Below, piece after piece: positions 41,007 through 51,783 of a stretch of 64,000 nt of DNA (position 1 is the stretch's first letter; each line of letters begins with the position of its first letter). The DNA is from Chitinivibrionales bacterium (GTDB taxonomy: Bacteria; Fibrobacterota; Chitinivibrionia; Chitinivibrionales; WJKA01). The notes below the pieces were generated by a model. That model was given only the letters and a program-made list of their open reading frames with translations, was not told the DNA's origin and ran no database searches. The stretch lies in contig JBBRUX010000019.1 in NCBI GenBank assembly GCA_038247415.1, positions 1 to 64,000 of the forward strand. Reading direction: 5' to 3'. The position numbers and the translations under genes are program-made.

Positions 41007-43937
41007 TTATTTCGATGTCAACTTAAATACCCCGTCCCAATTTTCCCCCGGGCCTGCAAGCTTGTATTCGTTGCATCGGTCAATAAGAATTCGGCTCGGG
41101 GAAATATGATGCGCGGTGAAGCTTCTGTTAGGTTCCATTTCTTCGCATTCGGAAAGAACGAGTATTGCTTCATCCCATTTTTGTGCGTAGTATAAGGCAA
41201 CTCCATCATTATAGCGGGAGAGCAATTTTTGCTGTTCTTCGGTAATTTCTTTTTTTGGCGCAACCAATTCATAGATCGTGACAGGCTCGCTTTTTCCAAC
41301 AACGGTGATTTTATCGAGCTGCCGGGTTGCGTATTCATCGTTTACAAGATCGTAAGTCATATTCGAGATCATGGTAAAAACTCCGTATTGCTTGGCAGCG
41401 CTTTCGAGTCGTGCCGCCAGGTTAACTGCATCTCCCATCATGGTATAGTTCATGCGCACTGCAGAACCCATGTTGCCTGTGACAATGGGGCCAGTGTTGA
41501 CGCCAATACGCATACGCATGTCATGCACGATTTGCGGCCATTTGTCTCCTTCGGAGATCCATTTCTTGCGCAGGTCGCCCAATTTGCTTTGCATATCGAG
41601 GGCAGTTTGGCATGCACGCTTGGCATGATCGGGTAATTCCACCGGGGCTCCAAAGATTGCTATAATTGCGTCGCCCTCGTATTTGTCAAGAGTTCCGTAG
41701 TGGCTTAAGAGAATGTCGGTCATGGCACTAAGGTATTCGTTTAAAAGCTCAACAAGACGGGTAGGAGAACCAAGCTTTTCCGAAAATGTAGAAAATCCCT
41801 GAATGTCGGTAAAATACGCTGTGCGAATACCTTCGTCACCTCCCAAAGCAGGTACCTGTTTGTTCTTATACATCATATCGATAAGTTCGGGAGAGAGGTA
41901 TCGTTTGAACGTTGACTGAAGGAACTTTCTGTCTTTTTCTTCGGTAACATACCGGTACGCCATGATTGCAGTAAAGGCAAGTATGATAGATAGAACAGGT
42001 CGTGCAATTTCGATCCAGAGATGGTTTGTACCAAATACACTCATTGCTATAAGAAAATAAGCGACAATGGCAACAACCGTAAGAATTGCCCCGTACAAAG
42101 GCTTGACCATAAAACCAATAAAGCCAATGAGAGAGCTTATGATAAGCAGTACCGCAAAATTTTGCCAGTCGGGCAAGCGTGTGATAAAAGTATTAGTGAT
42201 AAATGAATTTATGAGTGATGCATGGATTTCCACGGCAGGGTAAATTTTTTCGTGAGGAACAGGCTTGATATCAAAGAGGTCGGGTTCTGTAGATCCAACT
42301 ATGTAAATCTTTCCTTCCAGATCTCCTTGTGCACGATCAAGCATGATATCGTAGTAACTATAATACGGAAAAGGCTTTCCTTTAGGACCAAAATAGGTGA
42401 TGATGTTCTGATTGTTTTCGTCGAGCGGAATGCGCACGGGGTTGCCAAAGTCCATCCGTGATCCTTGTGGAATCTCCGCAATAATGTCCCATGAGGTGCT
42501 GGCAAGTTGTTTGAGTGTTGCTTCGCGCAATACGGGAATAGACGAAATGAGCTTGTTGTTTTTGTTACTTACTGTAAAGCTATGAAAAATGAGTTTTTCT
42601 GGGCCGATAGCATAATTTTGGGCTTCTTGATACGTGAGGCGCGAGAGCGTTTTAATGTCAAGAGTGTTGAGATAATATTCCTGATCTCCATAGGGCGCTC
42701 GCAAAATCCATTCTGCATCGGAAGGGTGTGCTAGTATAACATCGGGTGCAAGCACAAGTGAATCACCTGCTTTACACGTTGGAGCTTTTTGAAGCATGCC
42801 AGCAAGAAGGAGCTTAACCAAAGGATCCGGAAACCGGCCGCAATGCAGTTCGAGAAAGCTTACATTAGATTCATCGCGACCTGCTTTGCAAAATGTTGTT
42901 ATGGCAAGCGATTGGCCTGGCTTAAGAGCTGCTATGTCGGCATGAGCATCAATAATTGCTTTAACTTGCGGGGCGGTAACATTGGGATATGAGAAGCTTA
43001 AACTGTTCTGTTTGTCTTTAAAAATTTTGAATGGTCTTCCAATGTCAAGGTACTGTTTAGGAACGAGTCGAATCTCCTCTGTTGGAGTAGCAAAGAGGCT
43101 TGCAACCGTACGAATACTCAAGGGGAGATACATCGAATTAAAATCACCAAAGGCGAAAAACACCGGGATATGCCTCACCGAACCATCTTCGTCGGGAACA
43201 ATGTTGACATAGGCTATATCTTTGGCTGCGTGGGCAATTTCGGGGAAAATACCATCGATAATAGGCTTTTTATTGGATGGGTTGAGTACCTGATTTTTTT
43301 GAGCAGGATCCAGAGAGAATGTGGAACTTGGATGCAGATTGTTATGCCAATCTATGGTCATTCGTTCTGCTACTTGCGAAAGAGCGAAACTGGGGTAATC
43401 GCTTTTGTTGGACATTCGAACGCCAAAGGTGACATTGCCGGCTTTGATGGCAGCAGCTTCGAGCTGTTTGTCGTAGTTGATCGTAGAAATGATCGCTTTT
43501 CTCACGGGATCGGAGAGGGGAATACTTGGGTCTATCTCGATACTTCGTTTAAGCAATTTGTCAAGACGCGTGGCATGGTTTTTATCTTCTGGATCAAAAA
43601 AGAGGATATCAAATACAATAGATGCCGGAAAATGGCTTGCGAGAGATTCAATGAGTTGTGCATGAAACGATCGATCCCAATTCCAATACACACCAAGCTT
43701 TTGCAGGCTACGTCCATCGATGTTGACAATGTGTATCCCGTTATCATCTCCATCATCTACTTTTTTCTGAGAGGGGTTAAAGGTAGGATCAAGTTCCCAG
43801 ATATAGCGCATATCGTAGGTCTGATTTTCGAGGCGATCGATTACTCTCGAAAAGAAAAAATTAGTAAAGAGGGCAATGATTATTCCCGCAATTCCACCAA
43901 TGAGAAGTCCCCTTAAAAGCCGATTTAAAAAACTCAT
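41007..43937 (-). CDS. CHASE2 domain class III adenylate/guanylate cyclase
   Basis: CHASE2 (IVNID..W.R, FDILF, DEDGSVR, AVEIHA); 3 TM; FTDIQGFS, DKYEGDA, MGDAVNLAARLE, VVGK. Confidence 0.92.
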   Translation of the reverse strand: MSFLNRLLRGLLIGGIAGIIIALFTNFFFSRVIDRLENQTYDMRYIWELDPTFNPSQKKVDDGDDNGIHIVNIDGRSLQKLGVYWNWDRSFHAQLIESLASHFPASIVFDILFFDPEDKNHATRLDKLLKRSIEIDPSIPLSDPVRKAIISTINYDKQLEAAAIKAGNVTFGVRMSNKSDYPSFALSQVAERMTIDWHNNLHPSSTFSLDPAQKNQVLNPSNKKPIIDGIFPEIAHAAKDIAYVNIVPDEDGSVRHIPVFFAFGDFNSMYLPLSIRTVASLFATPTEEIRLVPKQYLDIGRPFKIFKDKQNSLSFSYPNVTAPQVKAIIDAHADIAALKPGQSLAITTFCKAGRDESNVSFLELHCGRFPDPLVKLLLAGMLQKAPTCKAGDSLVLAPDVILAHPSDAEWILRAPYGDQEYYLNTLDIKTLSRLTYQEAQNYAIGPEKLIFHSFTVSNKNNKLISSIPVLREATLKQLASTSWDIIAEIPQGSRMDFGNPVRIPLDENNQNIITYFGPKGKPFPYYSYYDIMLDRAQGDLEGKIYIVGSTEPDLFDIKPVPHEKIYPAVEIHASLINSFITNTFITRLPDWQNFAVLLIISSLIGFIGFMVKPLYGAILTVVAIVAYFLIAMSVFGTNHLWIEIARPVLSIILAFTAIMAYRYVTEEKDRKFLQSTFKRYLSPELIDMMYKNKQVPALGGDEGIRTAYFTDIQGFSTFSEKLGSPTRLVELLNEYLSAMTDILLSHYGTLDKYEGDAIIAIFGAPVELPDHAKRACQTALDMQSKLGDLRKKWISEGDKWPQIVHDMRMRIGVNTGPIVTGNMGSAVRMNYTMMGDAVNLAARLESAAKQYGVFTMISNMTYDLVNDEYATRQLDKITVVGKSEPVTIYELVAPKKEITEEQQKLLSRYNDGVALYYAQKWDEAILVLSECEEMEPNRSFTAHHISPSRILIDRCNEYKLAGPGENWDGVFKLTSK

Positions 43938-44124
43938 ACGCTAAAGTCCTTAGTGCTGATGGTTCCTTAGGAACGGTTATAAAAACAGTTTTTCAAGCAT
44001 ACCTACATTATAGAACAATGTTGTGCAAAAAAACAAGGTATAGGAAGAGTAATGGGGTGTGCTCGATGTATTTTTTAATTTTGCTCTGGGAATGGTTGGT
44101 AGCGGAAAGGTAGATTAGGTTTTC

Positions 44125-45399
44125 ATGGGCTCATTTTATTTCGAAACCTTTGGATGTCAGATGAATGTTGCAGATTCTGATAGCGTATCATTGGCCTTGA
44201 TGCATCGTGGTTATACGCGTTGCGAGACAGCACAGGAAGCTGATTTATTGATAGTGAATACGTGCAGTGTGCGAGAGCACGCGGAGGTGCGCGCTAAAAT
44301 GCGACTTTCGCAGTTTGCTGCCCTTAAGCGGTCATCGCAATCTCCCAAGAAACTTTGGGTGATTGGATGTATGGCGGAGCGTGCAGGCGATAGCCTTCGC
44401 AAAGAAATTCGTGGAATTGATGCAGTTATTGGTGCTACCCGCCTCGAATTTATCGATCAGTTTATAGATGGCTTGCTCCCCATTTCTGGGGGTGAAAAAG
44501 TACCGGCTGCCCTGGCGCAATCGGGGCCATCTATTTTTGTTCCTATTACGCGGGGATGCGATAACTTTTGTACCTATTGCATTGTCCCCTATGTCCGAGG
44601 ACGCGAACATTCCATTCCGGCAGCCGATATCGAAACTCAGGTACGGCAGCGTGTTGAACTTGGGGCGAGGGAAATTACGCTTTTAGGTCAGAATGTAAAT
44701 TCGTATCGCGAAAATGATTTGGGTTTACCTGCACTTTTACGACGGCTGGAAAAAATAGACGGGCTCCTCCGAATTAGGTTTACAACATCGCATCCTAAGG
44801 ATTGCAGTCTTGAACTGCTTGATACTATGGCTGCTTCGAACCGAATTGTTCACCATATGCATGTGCCGGTACAAGCTGGTTCCGATCGTGTCCTTGATGC
44901 CATGAATAGAGGTTATACAAAAACAACATATTTGAAACTGATTGACGCAATAAAAACACGCATGCCTCATGCCGATATTACTACCGATGTTATGGTAGGC
45001 TTTCCATCCGAGACAGAATCGGAATTCAAAGAGACACTCGATCTTTTTACGCAGGTTCAATATACTCAGGCATTCATGTTTGCATATTCTCCCCGAGAAG
45101 GCACCGTTGCAGCACAGCACAAAGAATCTATATCCGAAGAAGAGAAAAAAACTCGTTTAGCAGAGCTTATTGATATACAAACGGCTATCACTAAGCGTAA
45201 ATATCAGGAGATGGTTGGGCAGAATACCCGCGTTTTGATCACCTGCCAGCAAGATGGGCGTGATAGGCTCTGGATGGGGCAGAATAGCGGCTCTAAAAAG
45301 ACTTTATGCAGCGGCGAGAATATTGCTCCCGGTGATTTACTTGATGTAAAGGTCGTTCGATCTACTGGTATGACCCTCATGTGTGAAAGGATTTCATAA
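44125..45399 (+). CDS. miaB: tRNA methylthiotransferase MiaB
   Basis: TFGCQMNVADS, NTCSVRE, GCDNFCTYC, LGQNVNSY, TSHP, TRAM-like C-terminus. Confidence 0.9.
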   Translation: MGSFYFETFGCQMNVADSDSVSLALMHRGYTRCETAQEADLLIVNTCSVREHAEVRAKMRLSQFAALKRSSQSPKKLWVIGCMAERAGDSLRKEIRGIDAVIGATRLEFIDQFIDGLLPISGGEKVPAALAQSGPSIFVPITRGCDNFCTYCIVPYVRGREHSIPAADIETQVRQRVELGAREITLLGQNVNSYRENDLGLPALLRRLEKIDGLLRIRFTTSHPKDCSLELLDTMAASNRIVHHMHVPVQAGSDRVLDAMNRGYTKTTYLKLIDAIKTRMPHADITTDVMVGFPSETESEFKETLDLFTQVQYTQAFMFAYSPREGTVAAQHKESISEEEKKTRLAELIDIQTAITKRKYQEMVGQNTRVLITCQQDGRDRLWMGQNSGSKKTLCSGENIAPGDLLDVKVVRSTGMTLMCERIS

Positions 45400-45746
45400 T
45401 GCGCGGTTTTTCTTTATTGCTTGTATTTATACTTGCCTTTTGTGCGGCGTGTATCGGAATCCTTACCTTTTTACAGCCGGCATTTCATGCCCCTGCCGGG
45501 ATAATTATTTTTTCGTATCATACTAAAGAATATCCGGTGTATTATTTCATTTTGGGCGCGCTTGCGCTTGGTGGAGCGATAGGATGCTTTTTGGCACTCT
45601 ACTATCGTGTCCGGTACGGATTAATGCTTTCTAAAGCAGATAAAAACATTGCTTCTCTAGAACAAACACTATCAGATCTTACCATCGCTCAATCGCATGC
45701 GCCATCCTTTGTTGTTCCCACACCCCCCAGTGAGGTTCGTGGATGA
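45399..45746 (+). CDS. LapA/DUF1049-like small membrane protein
   Basis: Two TM helices followed by a short coiled coil. Confidence 0.5.
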   Translation: MRGFSLLLVFILAFCAACIGILTFLQPAFHAPAGIIIFSYHTKEYPVYYFILGALALGGAIGCFLALYYRVRYGLMLSKADKNIASLEQTLSDLTIAQSHAPSFVVPTPPSEVRG

Positions 45747-46456
45747 CAAAATGGAACTATTTTTTGAGCCATGTTCACTTGCAAACACAGTGGAGCATAG
45801 CCTGTATTTTTTTTGTTTCTACAATAACGTACGCTGCAGGTTCAGAAGCGAACCCGATTTCGCGTATCGATAGCTCATGTCAAAAATGTGCTGCTGTGTA
45901 TAAAGCCGATTCAAGCAATTACAAGGCACTGCTCATGATTGCTGCGTGTACTTCCAAAAGCGGTGCTGCGCTTGAGATGTATAAACAGATTACGGCTACC
46001 GATTCGGTATCCGATTCAATTCGTTCGATTGCTTTTATGCGAATAGGTTATTATTATTTACTTAAAGAAGAATTTGCGACTGCCCGGGATCAGTTTTCGG
46101 AGGCATGCAGGTTTGCACCTACTGCCGAGTGTTCTCAGATAGTGCGAACCTGTGACGCCTATTTACAAGGGCAGAAAGTCAAGAATTCTGCCGATGCGGT
46201 GGCTGACAATCTGTCGTCGTATACATTACAGATCGGATCGTTTTCGGTTATCGAAAACGCGAATGCTCGTGCAAAACAGCTTGAGCGCATGTTTGTTGAT
46301 GTTAGTCAGAATGTTGAAGTAAGTAAATCGACGGTTGCAGATAAGGTGTTTTTTCGGGTGAGAGTTGGGACATTTCCATCGCCTGCAGAAGCATTGGTGT
46401 TTGGTGAAAAATATTTAAAAAGTCACAAAATAACTTTTACTGTGGTTCGAGAATAA
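45743..46456 (+). CDS. TPR + SPOR domain protein
   Basis: YTLQIGSFS..NA, FRVRVGTF (SPOR); TPR-like helices. Confidence 0.8.
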   Translation: MTKWNYFLSHVHLQTQWSIACIFFVSTITYAAGSEANPISRIDSSCQKCAAVYKADSSNYKALLMIAACTSKSGAALEMYKQITATDSVSDSIRSIAFMRIGYYYLLKEEFATARDQFSEACRFAPTAECSQIVRTCDAYLQGQKVKNSADAVADNLSSYTLQIGSFSVIENANARAKQLERMFVDVSQNVEVSKSTVADKVFFRVRVGTFPSPAEALVFGEKYLKSHKITFTVVRE

Positions 46457-46475
46457 TCGCATTTCTGGAGGATAT

Positions 46476-47900
46476 GTGCAGTACGAAACCGTTATTGGCC
46501 TAGAAATTCATGCACAATTGCTGACCCGATCCAAGATTTTTTGTTCTTGTCAAGCGGTCTTCGGGTCCAAGCCAAATACCAATGGATGTCCTGTCTGTCT
46601 TGGCATGCCTGGTTCGTTGCCGGTGCTCAATAGGAGTGTCGTTGAAATGGCAATTCTTATGGCGTGTGCTGTGGGGGCACAGGTTGCACCTAAATCGGTC
46701 TTTGCGCGTAAAAACTATGTATACCCCGATCTTCCTAAAGGATATCAGATTTCACAGTTTGATCTGCCGTTATGTAGCAATGGTCATCTTGACATAGAGG
46801 TTGAGGGTGTTGCTAAAAAAATAGGGATTACCCGTATCCATCTCGAAGAAGATGCTGGCAAATTAGTGCACGATCTCGACACGGCGTCTCTTTTTGATGT
46901 CAACCGTTGTGGAACGCCCCTTATTGAAATTGTGAGTGAACCCGATATGCGTTCACCCGCAGAAGCATACGCTTATCTCTCGTCAATTAAAAGAATTTTA
47001 GAATATTTGGGTATATGCGATTGCAATATGGAAGAAGGCAGTTTGCGGTGCGATGCCAATGTTTCTATTCGGCCTCTGGGCACAACAAAGCTTGGCACCA
47101 GAACCGAGCTTAAGAATATGAATTCGTTTCGCAATGTCGAGAAAGCAATAGCCTACGAGGTTGCACGACAAACCGATATTCTCGAAAATGGGGGAGCTGT
47201 TGTTCAGCAAACATTTTTATGGGATGCAGATAAATCGTGCACTATCGCAATGCGTTCGAAAGAAAATGCCGATGATTATCGCTATTTTCCCGATCCCGAT
47301 CTTGTGCCGCTGTTAATACATGAGCATGAAGTTGAGGTGATCAAAAATAAAATGCCAGAATTGCCCCAAACGCGGTGTTCTCGTTTTGTAACAGCGTATG
47401 GGCTTACCTTAGAACACGCTGCGGTTCTTACCGATTCGCGAGATGTTGCAGATTACTATGAATCGGTTATCAAAGAGGGGGCTGATCCTCGCACTGCTGC
47501 AACTTGGGTACTTGTCACAGTGCTAAAATGTGCCAAGGATAAAAAATGCCTGGTATCAGACCTTACGCTTACTCCTCTGCGCCTTGCTCAAATAGTGTCA
47601 CTCATGGTCGCAAATACCATTTCTGCATCTGCTGCAAAAATAGTAGCCGAAACAGTTGAATCAACGGGCAAAGAACCTAACGATATTGTAGCAGAACAAG
47701 GTCTTGGTCAAATTTCCGATACCATTGCATTAGAAACTGCCGTTCGTCAGGTTATAGATGCAAACCCAGCCGAGGTGACTCGCTTTAAGGGTGGTGATTC
47801 TAAACTCATGTCTTTTTTTATGGGGCAAACCATGAAGGTCATGAAGGGTAAAGGCAACCCCAAAGAAATATCAGCAATTCTTGCGAGGTTACTTGCATGA
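46476..47900 (+). CDS. gatB: Asp/Glu-tRNA amidotransferase subunit B
   Basis: IGLEIHAQL, RKNY.YPDLPKGYQISQ, HLEEDAGK, EEGSLRCDANVS, DYRYFPDPDL. Confidence 0.96.
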   Translation: MQYETVIGLEIHAQLLTRSKIFCSCQAVFGSKPNTNGCPVCLGMPGSLPVLNRSVVEMAILMACAVGAQVAPKSVFARKNYVYPDLPKGYQISQFDLPLCSNGHLDIEVEGVAKKIGITRIHLEEDAGKLVHDLDTASLFDVNRCGTPLIEIVSEPDMRSPAEAYAYLSSIKRILEYLGICDCNMEEGSLRCDANVSIRPLGTTKLGTRTELKNMNSFRNVEKAIAYEVARQTDILENGGAVVQQTFLWDADKSCTIAMRSKENADDYRYFPDPDLVPLLIHEHEVEVIKNKMPELPQTRCSRFVTAYGLTLEHAAVLTDSRDVADYYESVIKEGADPRTAATWVLVTVLKCAKDKKCLVSDLTLTPLRLAQIVSLMVANTISASAAKIVAETVESTGKEPNDIVAEQGLGQISDTIALETAVRQVIDANPAEVTRFKGGDSKLMSFFMGQTMKVMKGKGNPKEISAILARLLA

Positions 47901-48169
47901 AAAAGAGTGCGTGGCATCTTCTTGTTATGGGTAGTTTGCTGGGAATACTTTTTTCTGCGCCCTGTAGTGCGCTTGCCATTGCCGATAGCCTTGTTGTCAA
48001 ATCTGATACGAGTCGGTCAATTGCACCTGTAAACGCAGCCCCACTCAAAGACAAAAAACTTACGGTGGTCAAGCGCCCTCACAGCTATTTTATGCAGGTG
48101 TATGCTGCTGCTGGAATGATGGCCTTTATTGCGCTTATCCTAACGTCTTCTCAGGAGTGGAATCCTTAA
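47897..48169 (+). CDS. Small hypothetical membrane protein
   Basis: ATGA overlap with gatB; signal peptide plus C-terminal TM helix. Confidence 0.55.
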   Translation: MKKSAWHLLVMGSLLGILFSAPCSALAIADSLVVKSDTSRSIAPVNAAPLKDKKLTVVKRPHSYFMQVYAAAGMMAFIALILTSSQEWNP

Positions 48170-48215
48170 GAGATTCTTTTCCGAGACGTACCTGGTCTTA
48201 TTTTCTAAATCTCTC

Positions 48216-49409
48216 GTGCCTCTTTCAAGGAATTCAAAATTGTCAATTAACAATGATGCACTCATCAAAAAGGCTGTAGAATCTTTTGCTGCACTGTATG
48301 GTAGTGCCCCACAGGCATGTGCTATGGCACCTGCCCGTGTAGAAATTTTGGGCAATCATACCGATTACAATGAAGGCTATACGCTCTCGGCTGCCATTAA
48401 TCGATATACTGTGGTTGCCCTTGGGGATAGCCCCGATGGCTTGTTTCGCCTGTGCACAGAGGGATCAGAGGTGTCGGTAGTACACGAATTAACGGTGCAA
48501 CCAGATCATGCTTGGGTCAATTATCCTTTGGGCGTTTATGCGATCATGCAACAAACGTTTCCGGTGCTGCGGCCTTTTTCTCTTTTTGTAGCTGGGAATA
48601 TCCCTTTAGGGGCAGGATTAAGTTCCTCGGCGTCGTTTGAAGTTGCCATGGGTTTGGCATTGCAAAAGATTTACAATCTCGATATTGCTGCAGAATTGAT
48701 GGCAAAGATCTGCCAGCAAGCTGAACACACGTGGTGTGGGACGAAATGTGGATTGCTGGATCAGTACAGTGTTTTGTTTGGCAAACAGGATCAGTTGCTG
48801 TGTACCGAATACCGGGGCCTTACCCATTTTACGGTTCCACTTGGCACGTCAGATCTTACGCTTTGCATTACCCCGTCGGGAGTTAGCCATTCGCTTGCAA
48901 CATCTGCATATAACGATCGACGAAGAGAATGCTTTGCAGTAGCTGAATATTTTACGCGTAAATATTCCCAAAGAAAAACCCTTCGTGATATATCCAGTGC
49001 GGAACTGCTTGCCGAAAGAGAGCACCTCGATGCAGTTGAATTTAAACGTGCGATGCACATTGTGAGCGAAGACGATCGGGTTATTTCTGCTCAGTCAATG
49101 CTTGAACTACAGGATTATGTCGGATTTGGAAAGCTTTTTTTCGACTCTCATGAAAGCTCTCGTAGCTGTTTTGAAAATTCGTGTGACGAACTTGATATCC
49201 TGGTTGAAGGAGCCAAAACAATTCCGGGGGTATTAGGTTCTCGTTTGTGTGGAGGAGGGTTTGGTGGGGCAACCATTTCTCTTGTTGAATCACATGCTGT
49301 CGAGGCATTTACAGAGGCTATTAAATTGTATTATCATACGGCAACCGGTCAGGATGTCGTGGTTCATTGTGCTTCGGTTGCAGAGGGCGCAAAAGTACTA
49401 GAGGTTTAA
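48216..49409 (+). CDS. galK: Galactokinase (start possibly TTG 48240)
   Basis: APARVEILGNHTDYNEG, PLGAGLSSSA, CGLLDQ, YNDRR, GSRLCGGGFGG. Confidence 0.92.
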   Translation: MPLSRNSKLSINNDALIKKAVESFAALYGSAPQACAMAPARVEILGNHTDYNEGYTLSAAINRYTVVALGDSPDGLFRLCTEGSEVSVVHELTVQPDHAWVNYPLGVYAIMQQTFPVLRPFSLFVAGNIPLGAGLSSSASFEVAMGLALQKIYNLDIAAELMAKICQQAEHTWCGTKCGLLDQYSVLFGKQDQLLCTEYRGLTHFTVPLGTSDLTLCITPSGVSHSLATSAYNDRRRECFAVAEYFTRKYSQRKTLRDISSAELLAEREHLDAVEFKRAMHIVSEDDRVISAQSMLELQDYVGFGKLFFDSHESSRSCFENSCDELDILVEGAKTIPGVLGSRLCGGGFGGATISLVESHAVEAFTEAIKLYYHTATGQDVVVHCASVAEGAKVLEV

Positions 49410-49442
49410 GAAGATAGGTCTATGAAAATTTAGTCGCCGCAG

Positions 49443-49550
49443 AGCGAATATCTCGAGGAACATCGCGAAGATTATTATAATGCGTTACGCATTATTACCC
49501 AAGAAAAAGACTGGAATACCTGGATTGAATTCTTTCTTGAAGCTGTTTCC
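49443..49550 (+). pseudogene. Fic family protein C-terminal fragment
   Basis: SEYLEEHREDYYNALRIITQEKDWNTWIEFFLEAV. Confidence 0.6.
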
Positions 49551-49765
49551 GCTTTTCTGATAGTATGATTCAAAAGTCGAATTCAACTCAATTTTTTGTA
49601 ACGTCAAGACAAAACTATCCCACTGTTTGATAAAACGACAATCTAACTAAAAAAGGCGTTCATGGATGCACTTCACAAATTCTCTTCCATTGAGAATCGC
49701 TTGGAATGCATATTGAACATTCCAATGAGCCTATTACCCTTTACCTGTAAACATCAGGAACAATT

Positions 49766-50316
49766 ATGAGCAATTCACAGAACTTTCATCAATCTTTTTG
49801 GAATGATGTGACTTTTGTTCAGAAGTATCTTAATGACAGCGACACTTATTTTCCCCAACGCAAAACGGTTCTATCCATGATCCAATTCATTTATCAGAAT
49901 CTTTTGAAGAAAACTAATAAAAATCATCATATCGTCGATTTTGGATGTGGCAGCGGAATCATATCGCAGATATTGCTAAGAGTTGATCCTGATATTCAGA
50001 TTACTTTGGTAGACGGCTCATTAAAAATAATGGGATTTTCCTCAATTTTGATCCTGTGCTCTCCACATCCAGAACCATGGAGAAATTTGAACTGCAGCTA
50101 TGGAAAGAATGGATTGCTCAATCCGAGGCTGCATTAAACCGGGTGTCAAAAAAATCGCTCGATTATATCCCGGCACAATATAAAAACCATAAAGATAACG
50201 TCCCGAGTTTGCTCGATACACAACTAAAAATGCTTAAAAACATTGGTTTCCGTGACGTTGCTGTGTTTTATAAATATGGTATGTTTGCTTTGTTTGGCGG
50301 TCAAAAGACAAAATAG
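49766..50316 (+). pseudogene. Class I SAM-dependent methyltransferase, internally deleted/frameshifted
   Basis: VDFGCGSG, LVDGS, then another frame LKNNGIFLNFD...QLKMLKNIGF..YKYGMFALFGG. Confidence 0.7.
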
Positions 50317-50435
50317 GCTTTGAAGGAGAGTTGATATGTTTATCTATAATATGTTATTTAACAATATGGAAGCCAATTGCGGGAACATAGCGGTTGACGA
50401 TAAGTAAGCATCCGGTGAACCCCGTCTTTATAAGG

Positions 50436-50579
50436 CACTGTTGCCTATGGGAGTTATCGCTGATTATTTGAAAATCAGTATCTCACCGGTCGCTCGTCTG
50501 GTTAGACGAGGCAAAAAAAATGTGGATTCTTAAAGATCAATAAGGATAAAAGGATAGTCCGTCCCCCTCAACCCCTCAC
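50436..50579 (+). mobile_element. 3' remnant of a second Y1/HUH element with its right end
   Basis: LLPMGVIADYLKISISPVARLVRRGK aligns with the C-terminus of 51846-52829; followed by ATAGTCCGTCCCC at 50554-50566. Confidence 0.75.
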
Positions 50580-50688
50580 AAAATTGCTTTGTGGTGGTGG
50601 AGAGAAATTACTCTTTGCCACCATTTTTTTATATATTAGAAGATATTTTTGTAGCCCGCGGCTTAATAAAAGGGCTAAAATATCAGGT

Positions 50689-51522
50689 TTAACTTGGGCA
50701 AGATATACTCAAATACTGATCCACCCCTTTTGCACATGCAACGATTTTCTTAAGAAGAGATTCCCGGTAAATTGAATTATTAAAAGTTGCATCTGTACGT
50801 GAATTAATTGGATGTTCAAGATGATACTGTATTCCACTGAAGAAAAGATTCTGCCGCCTGATTCCCGCGTTCAGCAGCCGGACTACAAATTCATTATCCT
50901 CACACCCCCAACCACTCATTTCTTCATTATAGCCATTGATCAAAATCGAATCGGCTCTCCAATAGGCCAGAGTCGATCCCAAAACGCCCTTGAGAGAACT
51001 ATTGGTTGCATACGCACGAAACAAAGGGAGTGTTGAAATCCAAGGTAGTCGAAGAGCATTTCCTTTTTTCCTTTCCTGTAAGTCTCTCATGGACGGAATT
51101 TTGGTAGGATTATTAAGCAGATATTCAGTTGCTTTTTTAGTAAAATATGCGCGCCTCCCGGCACTGAAGAAATTTACCTTTGCAAAATGTAAATGATCCG
51201 AAATAAAATTTTCATGCAGAATTGTATCACCATCAACTTGGATAATATAAGGTTTTGCTGCAACTGCAATAGCTTTATTGAGAATTATTGTTTTTCTGAA
51301 TCCCTGATCTGCATGCCAAACGTGTAAACAAGGAAAAGAGGTGCTCGCTTTCTTGGCAAATGCATCAACTACATTTTTAGTTTCAGGCTCAGATCCATCA
51401 TCTGCAATGATAACTTCTTGAGGTAATTGAGTTTGTCGCAAAATCGAAGATAGACAACATTCCAGAGCGTGCGGCCAATTATAGGTTGTGATAATGAGAG
51501 AACATGCTGTCAAATGTTTCAT
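50689..51522 (-). CDS. Glycosyltransferase family 2 (with GT7 C-terminal-like motif)
   Basis: IITTYN, IADDGS, QVDGD, NGYNE..GWGCED. Confidence 0.9.
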   Translation of the reverse strand: MKHLTACSLIITTYNWPHALECCLSSILRQTQLPQEVIIADDGSEPETKNVVDAFAKKASTSFPCLHVWHADQGFRKTIILNKAIAVAAKPYIIQVDGDTILHENFISDHLHFAKVNFFSAGRRAYFTKKATEYLLNNPTKIPSMRDLQERKKGNALRLPWISTLPLFRAYATNSSLKGVLGSTLAYWRADSILINGYNEEMSGWGCEDNEFVVRLLNAGIRRQNLFFSGIQYHLEHPINSRTDATFNNSIYRESLLKKIVACAKGVDQYLSISCPS

Positions 51523-51730
51523 AGAATTATTTAGTAGAGGCCTGTTATATTGTAAATAATAATTTGGATGAAGGCGATTTTTAAAAAATACTATTATTTG
51601 GGTAGCATATTCAATTGTTGTCTCACAAAGAACTTGAATCGATCAAGGATCGCTAAAAAGAATTTCAAATAAAACGAGAAAATTCCCTGTGTTGACAGAT
51701 GAGTGTGCTTTTAATCCTGCCGTCATTCTC

Positions 51731-51759
51731 GGGTGCTTTCCTCCCGTAGAAAAGCACCC
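51731..51759. repeat. Hairpin GGGTGCTTT-N11-AAAGCACCC next to the element's left end
   Basis: 9-bp perfect stem, preceded by REP-like CCGTCATTC. Confidence 0.5.
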
Positions 51760-51783
51760 CTAATAAAATTGGGGGGCGAATTG

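Noticed and set aside
43170..43916. 248-aa plus-strand ORF
   Set aside because: Antisense to the cyclase gene; no family signature
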